DNA of 32,000 nucleotides from Desulfocapsa sulfexigens DSM 10523 (GTDB lineage: Bacteria > Desulfobacterota > Desulfobulbia > Desulfobulbales > Desulfocapsaceae). The notes beneath the pieces are model-generated. The model saw only the letters and a list, made by a program, of their open reading frames with translations, ran no database searches and had not been told where the DNA came from. Shown piece by piece: positions 7,520-15,711 of this stretch. Every line of letters starts with the position of its first letter. The stretch's first letter is position 1. The stretch is taken from NCBI RefSeq assembly GCF_000341395.1, contig NC_020304.1, positions 330,001-362,000 on the forward strand. The letters are read 5' to 3'. A program made the translations under genes and the position numbers.

Positions 7520-7906
7520 ATGTTACGCGACTTATCATTAGCAGCGAAGTCTGCCTGCAGCAAAGAAGACCAGGAATCCTTAATCCCATTAATCATTTCT
7601 CTTAAAGAGCTGGGTGCACAGGCCAAAAAAAGAGGATTTCTCTCACTGGAAGATCAACTTGGAAGTATCACTGACAATTTCCTTAAAATAGGTCTGCAAC
7701 TTATTATTGACCAGACAGAGCCCGAAGTTGTCAGCGATATTCTCGACTCCGACATCTACTATAACGAGTCAAATGGAAGGGAGCTCCTCAAAAAAATTAT
7801 TATTCGAGAAGGGTTACTCCGTATTCAGGCAGGAGATACGTCCAGAAACATTTTTCTCTGCACCAGAATTTTTCTTGGCAAAATTGATAACAGCGCATTT
7901 GCTTAA
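7520..7906 (+). CDS. Small soluble protein resembling the cytoplasmic loop of the MotA/PomA stator subunit (no TM helices)
   Basis: AAGGAAA Shine-Dalgarno sequence. KKRGFLSLEDQLGSITDNFLKIGLQLIIDQTEPEVVSDILDSDI parallels the MotA loop pattern (REGLLSLED......DPFLKKGL.L.VDG.EPE.IRDIL..E.). No hydrophobic segments follow. Confidence 0.5.
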   Translation: MLRDLSLAAKSACSKEDQESLIPLIISLKELGAQAKKRGFLSLEDQLGSITDNFLKIGLQLIIDQTEPEVVSDILDSDIYYNESNGRELLKKIIIREGLLRIQAGDTSRNIFLCTRIFLGKIDNSAFA

Positions 7907-7924
7907 CCACTCTGCGCCCATCAA

Positions 7925-9463
7925 GTGCTCCTGATATTTCCACCGCTCGCCAAGGCCTGCGAACCTCCTGCAGGAATAACTCGTATTGCAGGTTTCCTTC
8001 GCGGAAACAAGCAACGGTGCAGACTCTGGGACGCAAACATCGAGGGACAACTCTATTTACTGGGCTTGCAACAGACCCCCATTGACACCTGGAGCAAAAG
8101 AGCCTGGAAGAACGTTCAACCCAACCTCCAAAACCTCCGCGACACGGCTCTTTATGAAAGCAACGACCGCTATCAGAGGGCTGTACGCGATCTGAACCGG
8201 GCAATCAGCCAGAGCTGCAATGTATCTGCTGTCAACATCAGCCTTGCAGACTATCAGGACAACCAGCTCTCCCCGCATCGGAGCCAGGATCTCCTCCTGG
8301 CTGCCGGAAATTTTCAAAACAGCATCTTCTTTCCCTTTTTTCAAGCACGCCTGAAAGATCTTTTTGCCGAAGCAGACCACCAGCACATCGGTATTTCTCT
8401 CAATTATCTCAGCCAGGCCCTTCCCGCCTTTTGTCTTGCCGGTTTGATCAGAGAGGAATATCCAGACATAACAATCATTGCCGGTGGTGGGTTGGTCACC
8501 TCCTGGTTAAGGAGTCCAGGCTGGAACAATCCATTTACAGAACTCTTTGATCATATGGTAGAAGGACAGGGTGAACTGCCATTATTGGAAATCTTATCCC
8601 CTGACACCCCCTCCAGACACCAGCCACCTGATTTTTCAGACCTTCCTCTCGCCCACTACCTCTCTCCCGGCCTGCTCTTACCCTACAGTGCATCCACTGG
8701 ATGCTACTGGAACCGCTGTTCTTTCTGTCCTGAAAAAGCAGAAGGGAGCCCCTACGCAAAACTTTCCACAAAGCAGGTCATGGAGGACCTGAACTCTCTG
8801 GTCAGCAGACATAAACCACGCCTCATCCATCTCCTTGACAATGCCGTGGCCCCCTCCCTAATGAAGCAGATAATACAGGAACCTCCCGGAGCTGACTGGT
8901 ACGGATTTGCCAGGGTTACTCCAGAGTTGGGGGATCTTAGCTTCTGCAAAAAACTCCAAAAATCAGGCTGTGTTCTTTTGAAACTCGGTATTGAATCCGG
9001 GTCCCAGGAAGTTCTTGATGCAATGGACAAGGGGATCGATCTGACAATGGTCGAAGACAGCCTGAGGGCCCTTCGTCTTGCAGGTATTGCAACCTATGTT
9101 TATCTACTCTTTGGAACGCCGACGGAATCCCATAGCGAAGCACGACAGACCCTCGACTTTACTCAACGCAATGCTGAGGCCATCACGTTCCTGAACCTGG
9201 CAGTCTTTAATCTACCCCATAACAGTAGAGAATCCAGCACACTGCAGCTCCGGGAATTTTCCAGTGGAGATTTGGGGCTCTATTCCGATTTCTACCATCC
9301 CAGAGGATGGGATCGGAAAGCTGTGCGGAATTTTCTCTGCAATGAATTCAGAACGGATCCGACAGTCCGCACCATACTGCAGCGGGATCCGCCATTTTTC
9401 ACATCCAACCACGCTCCACTCATTCTACAGAGTGACGCACGATACAGGGAAGGCAATAAATGA
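7925..9463 (+). CDS. B12-binding-domain radical SAM enzyme (class B-like) with a CX4CX2C cluster motif
   Basis: GTG start gives LLIFPPL, the typical N-terminus of this class. Other motifs are IIAGGG (cobalamin-domain Rossmann), the Cys triad GC-YWNR-C-SF-CPE at nt 8702-8728, and LKLGIESGSQEVLDAMDKG (GxExG SAM motif). The start codon has no clear Shine-Dalgarno sequence, so it is uncertain. Confidence 0.8.
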   Translation: MLLIFPPLAKACEPPAGITRIAGFLRGNKQRCRLWDANIEGQLYLLGLQQTPIDTWSKRAWKNVQPNLQNLRDTALYESNDRYQRAVRDLNRAISQSCNVSAVNISLADYQDNQLSPHRSQDLLLAAGNFQNSIFFPFFQARLKDLFAEADHQHIGISLNYLSQALPAFCLAGLIREEYPDITIIAGGGLVTSWLRSPGWNNPFTELFDHMVEGQGELPLLEILSPDTPSRHQPPDFSDLPLAHYLSPGLLLPYSASTGCYWNRCSFCPEKAEGSPYAKLSTKQVMEDLNSLVSRHKPRLIHLLDNAVAPSLMKQIIQEPPGADWYGFARVTPELGDLSFCKKLQKSGCVLLKLGIESGSQEVLDAMDKGIDLTMVEDSLRALRLAGIATYVYLLFGTPTESHSEARQTLDFTQRNAEAITFLNLAVFNLPHNSRESSTLQLREFSSGDLGLYSDFYHPRGWDRKAVRNFLCNEFRTDPTVRTILQRDPPFFTSNHAPLILQSDARYREGNK

Positions 9464-10710
9464 AAAGACAGACAGTGGTGGTTATTGGTGGAGGTGCTGC
9501 AGGACTTATGGCAGCTGGCCAGGCAGCAATTGCAGGTGCACGGGTAATTCTTCTGGAAAAAATGAAACGGCCGGGACGCAAAATATGTATCAGCGGCAAG
9601 GGGCGCTGCAACATCACAAACAGTGCTCCCGTCGCCGATTTCATCGAACACTTTGGCAAAAACGGCCGTTTTCTGAGACAAGCATTCTCCCGTTTTTTTT
9701 CCACCGAACTTATCACTTTCTTTGAGGAAAACGGCCTTCCGGTGAGCCTTGAACGTGGCGGAAGATACTTCCCCACAAGCGGCAATGCTCCTGATATATT
9801 GAAAATATTCCTTACCTGGCTCACTCAGTTGAACGTTGAAATTCGAGACAGTTGTCCTGCAAAGGATATCCTCGTCACAGACGGTAAGGTTAGTGGAGTT
9901 ACCACGTGCCGGGGCAACATTGACTGCGACAGTGTTATTATAGCCACAGGAGGAGCATCCTATCCTGCAACCGGTTCCACCGGAGACGGTTACACCCTTG
10001 CAAAAAAAATGGGCCACACAATTGTTCCTATTCGACCGGCTCTGGTTCCTCTTGAAGTACAGAATGGCATCCATCCCGCCCTTGCCGGACTTGAACTGAG
10101 AAATATCGGTGTCCAGCTCCTGATCAATGGAAAAAAGAAACAGCAACTCTTTGGGGAACTCCATTTTATAAAAACCGGAGTGAGTGGCCCGACAATCCTG
10201 ACACTCAGTGGTGATGCCGTGGATGCACTGCAAAAGGCGGATAAAGTCCATCTGGCGATAGACTTAAAGGCAGCATTAAGCGAACAAAAGCTCGATGCCC
10301 GCTTAATTCGTGATTTCCAGAAACGGACAAAAGAACACTTTGGAGATGTTTTACGCGGCCTCCTCCCGGCTCAACTGGTACCCTTATGTCTGGAACAGAC
10401 GAACATTCCCGCCAATAGACTGGCTGGCGAGATTTCTAAAAAAGAGCGAAAAACATTGTTACACTGGCTGAAGGATTTACGCCTGGAAGTAAGTGGTCAC
10501 CGCTCCTTTAAAGAAGCGATAGTTACTGCGGGTGGTGTAATGCTCAAAGAGGTGAACCCAAGAACCATGGAATCAGAAATTATACCTGGTTTGTATCTGG
10601 CGGGAGAGGTTCTCGATCTGAATGGCAACACTGGAGGCTATAACCTGCAGGCTGCCTTTTCCACAGGCTGGCTGGCAGGACGTTCAGCAGGAGATGTCCA
10701 AAGCACATAG
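9460..10710 (+). CDS. HI0933/BaiN-family NAD(P)/FAD-dependent flavoprotein
   Basis: ATGA overlap with the radical SAM gene. Motifs are VVVIGGGAAGLMAAG (GxGxxG), ATGGASYPATGSTGDGY and the C-terminal GLYLAGEVLDLNGNTGGYNLQAAFSTG signature of the HI0933-like family. Confidence 0.85.
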   Translation: MKRQTVVVIGGGAAGLMAAGQAAIAGARVILLEKMKRPGRKICISGKGRCNITNSAPVADFIEHFGKNGRFLRQAFSRFFSTELITFFEENGLPVSLERGGRYFPTSGNAPDILKIFLTWLTQLNVEIRDSCPAKDILVTDGKVSGVTTCRGNIDCDSVIIATGGASYPATGSTGDGYTLAKKMGHTIVPIRPALVPLEVQNGIHPALAGLELRNIGVQLLINGKKKQQLFGELHFIKTGVSGPTILTLSGDAVDALQKADKVHLAIDLKAALSEQKLDARLIRDFQKRTKEHFGDVLRGLLPAQLVPLCLEQTNIPANRLAGEISKKERKTLLHWLKDLRLEVSGHRSFKEAIVTAGGVMLKEVNPRTMESEIIPGLYLAGEVLDLNGNTGGYNLQAAFSTGWLAGRSAGDVQST

Positions 10711-10745
10711 ACGGACCCACAGGGGACCAGCCTTGAGTCCGTCTA
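10708..10745. terminator. Inverted repeat between convergent genes (possible bidirectional terminator, no U-tract)
   Basis: A 9-bp perfect stem TAGACGGAC (10708-10716) / GTCCGTCTA (10737-10745) has a 20-nt loop. There is no T-run on either strand, so terminator function is uncertain. Confidence 0.35.
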
Positions 10746-10759
10746 TGAAATAATAGCCA

Positions 10760-11188
10760 CTATGCAATCGCAACAAGTTCCAGATCAAAGGTGAGATCTT
10801 TGCCTGAAAGGGGAGGGTTGGCATCGAGCACAATGAAGTCATCGGTCAGATCAATCACCTCAACGGCCATCAGTTCACCAGCCGCTCCACCCACCTGAAG
10901 CTTTTGGCCAATTTCAGGTTTTAAATCTGGTGGTATCTGATCTTTTGGTACCTGCATTACCAGCTCCGCATTATGTTTTCCATAGGCATCATCCATTGGA
11001 ATTTTAACGGTTTTCCTGGAACCAACTTCCATTCCGACAAGAGCTGCATCAAATCCCGGAATCACCGTTCCTGAGCCAAGAACCACATCCAATGGTTTCT
11101 TGCCCTCGGATGAGTCGAAAATTGTACCGTCATCAAGATATCCCTTATAGTTCACCTGAACTTTGTCACCTTTTTTTGCCTGTGTCAT
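10760..11188 (-). CDS. FKBP-type peptidyl-prolyl cis-trans isomerase (SlyD/FkpB-like, with IF insert, no His-rich tail)
   Basis: GDKVQVNYKGYLDDGTIFDSS....PL.VVLGSG.VIPGFD.AL.GMEVG..K.V.IP...AYG and the C-terminal LSGKDLTFDLELV are typical of this family. Confidence 0.85.
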   Translation of the reverse strand: MTQAKKGDKVQVNYKGYLDDGTIFDSSEGKKPLDVVLGSGTVIPGFDAALVGMEVGSRKTVKIPMDDAYGKHNAELVMQVPKDQIPPDLKPEIGQKLQVGGAAGELMAVEVIDLTDDFIVLDANPPLSGKDLTFDLELVAIA

Positions 11189-11269
11189 AAAAATCCTCTT
11201 TTTGTTTAAGTTATTCTATATGTGATGAATTTGTATTTTTTCAAAGGAAAGCACCCTAGCATATCCCGC

Positions 11270-11797
11270 TTAAAAATGATAGAAGGTATCTGGAACTTGT
11301 CTGATTATGGATTGACAGATATCAGAAACAGATCGGTCATTACAATCAATAATAAGATCGGCATTTTGGGTGTAGAGGGGTTGACGTTCTGCAAAAACTT
11401 CAGCAAAAGTCTGATCGGCTGTTTTAACAAAGGCACGACTGCTGAAATCTCCAACCCGCTGTTTCAACGTTGCGAGTCCGACGTCGAGCAGGATCAGCAG
11501 ACTGCTCCTTCGCAGGTGACTGATACCGGCCTGGCCATAAATTGCACTGCCACCCGTTGCAATAACATACTTTCTAAAATCCATAGAAAGCATGGTCTGC
11601 TCTTCCAACCTGCGGAAATTCTGAACACCAAGATCGTTCAGTACTTCCTGCAATGGCAAACCCCTGTCTTTTTCGATAAGGGTATCTACGTCGACAAAGG
11701 CAAGACCAAGGAGATCAGCAAGTTTTCTGCCGACGGTACTTTTTCCGGCTCCAGCCATGCCGATCAGAACAATATTTGTTTTTTTACTATTTTCCAT
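11270..11797 (-). CDS. aroK: Shikimate kinase
   Basis: From internal ATG 11797 the product reads MENSKKTNIVLIGMAGAGKSTVGRKLADLLGLAFVDVD..IE (Walker A plus the shikimate-kinase pattern). The 71-aa N-terminal extension of the track ORF (to 12010) is antisense to arfB and has no homology logic. An alternative start is 11845. Confidence 0.8.
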   Translation of the reverse strand: MENSKKTNIVLIGMAGAGKSTVGRKLADLLGLAFVDVDTLIEKDRGLPLQEVLNDLGVQNFRRLEEQTMLSMDFRKYVIATGGSAIYGQAGISHLRRSSLLILLDVGLATLKQRVGDFSSRAFVKTADQTFAEVFAERQPLYTQNADLIIDCNDRSVSDICQSIIRQVPDTFYHF

Positions 11798-11834
11798 AAC
11801 CAAAATTCTAATAATCTCATCGTACGTCTCTATT

Positions 11835-12248
11835 ATGTTACGCATTGCCGACAATGTAAGTATTCCTGAACAAGAAATCGAGCTAAAATTTATCCGCGCC
11901 CAGGGAGCAGGGGGGCAGAACGTCAACAAAGTCGCCTCTGCCGTACATATGCGCTTTGATATTGCAGCATCTTCCCTTCCGGAAAGAGTAAAAGACAGAC
12001 TCCTGGCCATGCGGGATCAGCGAATAAGCAAAGAAGGTATCCTTGTGCTTAAGGCGCAGCAGTACCGAAGTCAGGAAAAGAATAAAGAAGATGCTCTGCA
12101 ACGCCTGAAGGAAATAATCTTTCGTGCCATGATGCAGTCAAAAAAACGTCGCCCTACCCGACCCGGAAAGGCAGCAAAAAAACGACGACTCGAAGGAAAA
12201 AAACAACGTGGACAACTCAAAGCTGCACGAAAAAAAGTTCACTACTGA
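11835..12248 (+). CDS. arfB: Alternative ribosome-rescue factor ArfB (YaeJ), peptidyl-tRNA hydrolase
   Basis: From ATG 11835 the product reads MLRIADNVSIPEQEIELKFIRAQGAGGQNVNKVASAVHMRFDI.ASSLPE. It has the GGQ motif and a Lys/Arg-rich C-terminal tail (KKRRPTRPGKAAKKRRLEGKKQRG). It is colinear with E. coli ArfB. Confidence 0.9.
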   Translation: MLRIADNVSIPEQEIELKFIRAQGAGGQNVNKVASAVHMRFDIAASSLPERVKDRLLAMRDQRISKEGILVLKAQQYRSQEKNKEDALQRLKEIIFRAMMQSKKRRPTRPGKAAKKRRLEGKKQRGQLKAARKKVHY

Positions 12249-12359
12249 CCTATGCGTTTCTTTGCACCAAAGAATATTTACAACTACCGCAAAAAAGGGT
12301 ACAGCTCCCAGTAATAAGCAATCAAGTTGGCATTACAATAAAAAAAATGAGGTTCAATC

Positions 12360-12641
12360 ATGTTTAAGACCAATGAGTATTTCGACGGAAAAGTAAAATC
12401 AATCGCCTTTACCAGTGAAGACGGCCCTGCAACCATAGGAGTCATGGCTGTTGGTGAATACGAATTCGGAACAGGATCCGTTGAGATTATGTCTGTTGTA
12501 TCCGGAAGTATGGATATCAAACTGCCTGAAACCGACACATGGCAAACATTTACAGCAGGAGAAAGCTTCGAGGTCGCAAAAGACGTCAAATTTGGGGTTC
12601 GCATAACGCAGGAAACCAGTTATATCTGCCTCTACAAGTAA
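12360..12641 (+). CDS. ppnP: Pyrimidine/purine nucleoside phosphorylase PpnP (DUF1255, YaiE)
   Basis: 93 aa. MFKTNEYFDGKVKSIAF......ATIGVM..GEYEFGT...E.M.VVSG......LP....W is the characteristic pattern. GAGG Shine-Dalgarno sequence upstream. Confidence 0.9.
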   Translation: MFKTNEYFDGKVKSIAFTSEDGPATIGVMAVGEYEFGTGSVEIMSVVSGSMDIKLPETDTWQTFTAGESFEVAKDVKFGVRITQETSYICLYK

Positions 12642-12751
12642 TTCCTGACAAAAAGTGCAAGAGCGAAGAAAAAAAGCCTTGCGTCACTTTTGTTATCTTG
12701 TTAAACAACCACCTCCTGCTGCTAAAGACATCACTTAATCACCGCCTACCA

Positions 12752-12796
12752 CAGGAGGGAATAACGTCTTCAATGGTTTTATTCCCTCCTGTTTTA
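12752..12796 (+). terminator. Rho-independent terminator downstream of ppnP
   Basis: A perfect 13-bp stem CAGGAGGGAATAA (12752-12764) / TTATTCCCTCCTG (12779-12791) is followed by TTTT at 12792-12795. Confidence 0.7.
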
Positions 12797-12812
12797 CATA
12801 TATTCGTATCCT

Positions 12813-12849
12813 GGCCTGCTCTTCTTTTTTTGATTTGCAGGCCTTTTTA
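12813..12849 (+). terminator. Second hairpin plus T-tract (tandem terminator or attenuator) 31 nt upstream of the exonuclease start
   Basis: A 7-bp GC-rich stem GGCCTGC (12813-12819) / GCAGGCC (12837-12843) has a 17-nt T-rich loop, followed by TTTTT at 12844-12848. Confidence 0.45.
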
Positions 12850-12879
12850 TGTAATTCACGCACTGGCCTCCTCACATAG

Positions 12880-13704
12880 ATGCTTACTCACAGTTTTATC
12901 CATCTGCCTGGGATTGGCGTTACAACTGAAGAAAAGCTTTGGCAGGCAGGAATACACCGCTGGTCACACTGGTCGGATGCGCCTCCCCTGCGACTTCCGA
13001 ACAGTTCCCTCCCACAACTTTCCAGTTTATTAGAACGCTCCCTTGTAGAACTCAAAAACGGGCCTGATTTTTTCAGCAGACGATTACCCGCCAACCAGCA
13101 GTGGCGCCTCCTCTCCCACTTTCGGGATCGTATAGCATACCTCGATATTGAAACCACAGGCCTTGGCCCTAACGCTGAAATCACCACCATCGCCCTGTAT
13201 GATGGACTTCAAGTGTACTGTTATGTAAACGGCAGGAATCTGGAAGATTTTGAGAAGGACATCTGGAAGTATGAAATACTGGTCACCTACAATGGCAAGG
13301 GCTTTGACATCCCGGTGCTCGAACGCTGGTTTCATACCAGGCTCACCCATTCCCATATAGACCTGCGCTATATCCTTGCAAAACTTGGTTTTAAAGGGGG
13401 ACTTAAGGGCTGTGAAAAACAACTTGGAATAGAGAGGGGTGGCCTCGATGGAATCGATGGCTACTTTGCCGTGCTTCTCTGGCAGGACTATATCGATAAC
13501 AACAACGAAAAGGCGCTGGAAACACTTCTCGCTTACAACATTGAAGACACCGTAAACCTGGAGCGTCTTCTTATTGAAGCCCACAACAGGAATGTTCAGG
13601 ACATGCCCTTTGGAAACGACCTCCTGATGGAACTGCCCGAAACACCTGCAGTCCTTTACCAGCCAGACTTCAACACGGTAGAGCGGATCAGAAACAGCTT
13701 ATAA
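12880..13704 (+). CDS. HhH-motif plus RNase H-like (YprB/MrfB-type, COG3359) 3'-5' exonuclease
   Basis: The N-terminal LPGIGVTTEEKLWQAGI is a helix-hairpin-helix. DEDD-like motifs follow: AYLDIETTGL, LVTYNGKGFDIP, H.DLR and AYNIEDTVNLE. An in-frame TAG immediately precedes ATG 12880, so this is the only possible start. Confidence 0.75.
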   Translation: MLTHSFIHLPGIGVTTEEKLWQAGIHRWSHWSDAPPLRLPNSSLPQLSSLLERSLVELKNGPDFFSRRLPANQQWRLLSHFRDRIAYLDIETTGLGPNAEITTIALYDGLQVYCYVNGRNLEDFEKDIWKYEILVTYNGKGFDIPVLERWFHTRLTHSHIDLRYILAKLGFKGGLKGCEKQLGIERGGLDGIDGYFAVLLWQDYIDNNNEKALETLLAYNIEDTVNLERLLIEAHNRNVQDMPFGNDLLMELPETPAVLYQPDFNTVERIRNSL

Positions 13705-13733
13705 TTCACAAGCCAGCTCACAAGAGAACACAA

Positions 13734-14654
13734 TCAAAGAATAATCTCCGCGCGTTCCGTGGCGAAAAACACCTCAGTATCACCGTATTTCTTAGGCTCA
13801 CAATAGGTTTTTGCCATATTTTCAATCTGTGCATCTGTACGATCCGGGTCATGATGAAAAAGGGCAAGTTTTTTCACCCCGGCCCGATTTGCTGCAGCAA
13901 TGGCCCACTCAAAAGTCGAATGCCCCCAGTTGACTCTGGTCTTATATTCCTCAGCAGTATATTGAGAATCATGCACCAGCAAATCCGCTCCTTTGAAAAA
14001 CTCTTCTACAGCCTGGTTCTGCTCCCGGGCAACCTCTTCACCTTCATAGGCCATCGCCTCATCATATTCCGGATGCTCTGGATCGGTTATAAACAGATTC
14101 CGATAGGGTTCATGGTCGTAACAGGTACAGAAGATTTTGCCCTGGTACTCGAAGCGGTAGCCAAGAGCAGTGATGGGATGGTTTAAAAATTTAGTGGTCA
14201 AAAGCAGGCCATTTCCCAAATCCATATCCGGTTCTTCACGCAGGCGTTTGTATTCAATGTCAGAGGCAAGTTCACCAACATTAATCGGGAAATAACGGTA
14301 TTTCATCTGTCCACCCACGACATCTTTTAATGGATCATCTTCATAGGTCACGGGCCCATGCACCGTCATCCGGGTACCGGGAATATAAATTGGAGTAAAA
14401 TAGGGAAAACCCATGATGTGATCCCAGTGAGTATGGGAAAGATACATGGCAATCTTTAACGGACCAGCGGGGAGATCGTTCTTAACCAGAGCATTACCAA
14501 GCTCCCTAATCCCGGAACCCGCATCAATAATAATAATTTCCTCTCTGTCATCTACCCGCAATTCTATACACGCGCCATTGCCTCCATATTTCATGGTTTG
14601 TGGGCCGGGACAGGGAATAGAACCCCTGACACCCCAGAATTTCACTTTCATCAT
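13734..14654 (-). CDS. MBL-fold metallo-hydrolase
   Basis: KFWGVRGSIPCPG, IIIDAGSG, the LSHTHWDHIMGFP (HxHxDH) motif and a C-terminal LALFHHDP. Confidence 0.85.
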   Translation of the reverse strand: MMKVKFWGVRGSIPCPGPQTMKYGGNGACIELRVDDREEIIIIDAGSGIRELGNALVKNDLPAGPLKIAMYLSHTHWDHIMGFPYFTPIYIPGTRMTVHGPVTYEDDPLKDVVGGQMKYRYFPINVGELASDIEYKRLREEPDMDLGNGLLLTTKFLNHPITALGYRFEYQGKIFCTCYDHEPYRNLFITDPEHPEYDEAMAYEGEEVAREQNQAVEEFFKGADLLVHDSQYTAEEYKTRVNWGHSTFEWAIAAANRAGVKKLALFHHDPDRTDAQIENMAKTYCEPKKYGDTEVFFATERAEIIL

Positions 14655-14671
14655 GCTGTTTTCTGTGCTCC

Positions 14672-15535
14672 CTAACTTTGCAGAAAAACCTGCGCTTTCT
14701 CAATCTCCTCTTCAACACCGAGGGCCACTTCTCCAAACATATCCCATGTCAATCCAGTTATTTTCAGCATCTTATCAGCACCGTCTTCTGCCGGAAAAGG
14801 ATCCCCCGCATAACCCAGATCAAGGATATTTGCATACATGTTGGCAAGCCCAACATAGGCGGCACGTACCCTGTGTTCTTCAGGTGCTTCCTCCACGTCA
14901 TGATGAAAAGCTATCGAGCAGGTCATGGCCTCGTTCAGCTTCCATTTTTCGGCTATCATTCGTCCAACTTCCTGGTGATCGACTCCCAGCATATCACGTT
15001 CTACTGTTATAAGCGGAAGGCACTCCTTCTTCACTCTATTCAGAACATCGATATATTCATCACCAAATGGAATTTTTCCTAGATCATGAAGAAGTCCGGC
15101 TACAAAATACTCTTCACACTCCATCACTGGAACACCATTGGCCTTGGCCAGCAACTTGGCACACACTCCCGTGGCGATGGAATGGGCCCAGAATTTCTTG
15201 GTTGGAAGAGACTGTGACTTTTTGGCACCGGACACCGAGCGAATAATAGCAGTACTTAACGCCATATTCTTAACCGTATTCATCCCAAGCATGGTGATGG
15301 CGCGAGTAAGCGAAGTTACCTTGTTCACAAGAGAGTAATATGCAGAGTTAATAAGCTTCAGAACCTGACCGGTAAGAACCGGATCAAGTGAAATCACCCT
15401 ATTCAACTCATTTGGAGAGGCATCGGTACGACTGCAGATCTCCATCACCTTCCCCACTGTGGTGGAAAGGCTTGGCATTCGTTCGATAAATCTGGTTATG
15501 GCTTTTCTATTGGCTGCGCCATCTTCTTGCATCAT
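14672..15535 (-). CDS. HDOD-domain signalling protein
   Basis: MPSLSTTVGKVMEICS...ASPNELNRVISLDPVLTGQVLKLINSAYYSL and HDLGK are typical of HDOD. It lies 17 nt upstream of the MBL gene on the same strand, so the two are a likely operon. Confidence 0.85.
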   Translation of the reverse strand: MMQEDGAANRKAITRFIERMPSLSTTVGKVMEICSRTDASPNELNRVISLDPVLTGQVLKLINSAYYSLVNKVTSLTRAITMLGMNTVKNMALSTAIIRSVSGAKKSQSLPTKKFWAHSIATGVCAKLLAKANGVPVMECEEYFVAGLLHDLGKIPFGDEYIDVLNRVKKECLPLITVERDMLGVDHQEVGRMIAEKWKLNEAMTCSIAFHHDVEEAPEEHRVRAAYVGLANMYANILDLGYAGDPFPAEDGADKMLKITGLTWDMFGEVALGVEEEIEKAQVFLQS

Positions 15536-15711
15536 TCAATCCGCCTAAAATCCATTATAAATATCAATTACATAATAAAAAAAAAGACAACATTACCATG
15601 TATTCTATAGCAAGCAGAAAAGGAGGTCAAGGAAAGAGGTGAATGGAACAAAAGCTCAAGATTTAATATATCCTGTTGCCCGAAAAGATGCAGATATGGT
15701 AGGCAGATGGT

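Noticed and set aside
9292-10251. 319-aa minus-strand ORF, and the nested ORF at 9420..9824
   Set aside because: It is antisense to the HI0933-family flavoprotein and the 3' end of the radical SAM gene. It has no motifs and no sensible start context.
11222-12010. 215-aa plus-strand ORF (11222..11869), and the 71-aa N-terminal extension of the aroK track ORF up to 12010
   Set aside because: The plus-strand ORF is antisense to shikimate kinase. The extension overlaps arfB in antisense and adds sequence with no shikimate-kinase homology. The kinase Walker A motif follows the internal Met at 11797 at the usual distance.
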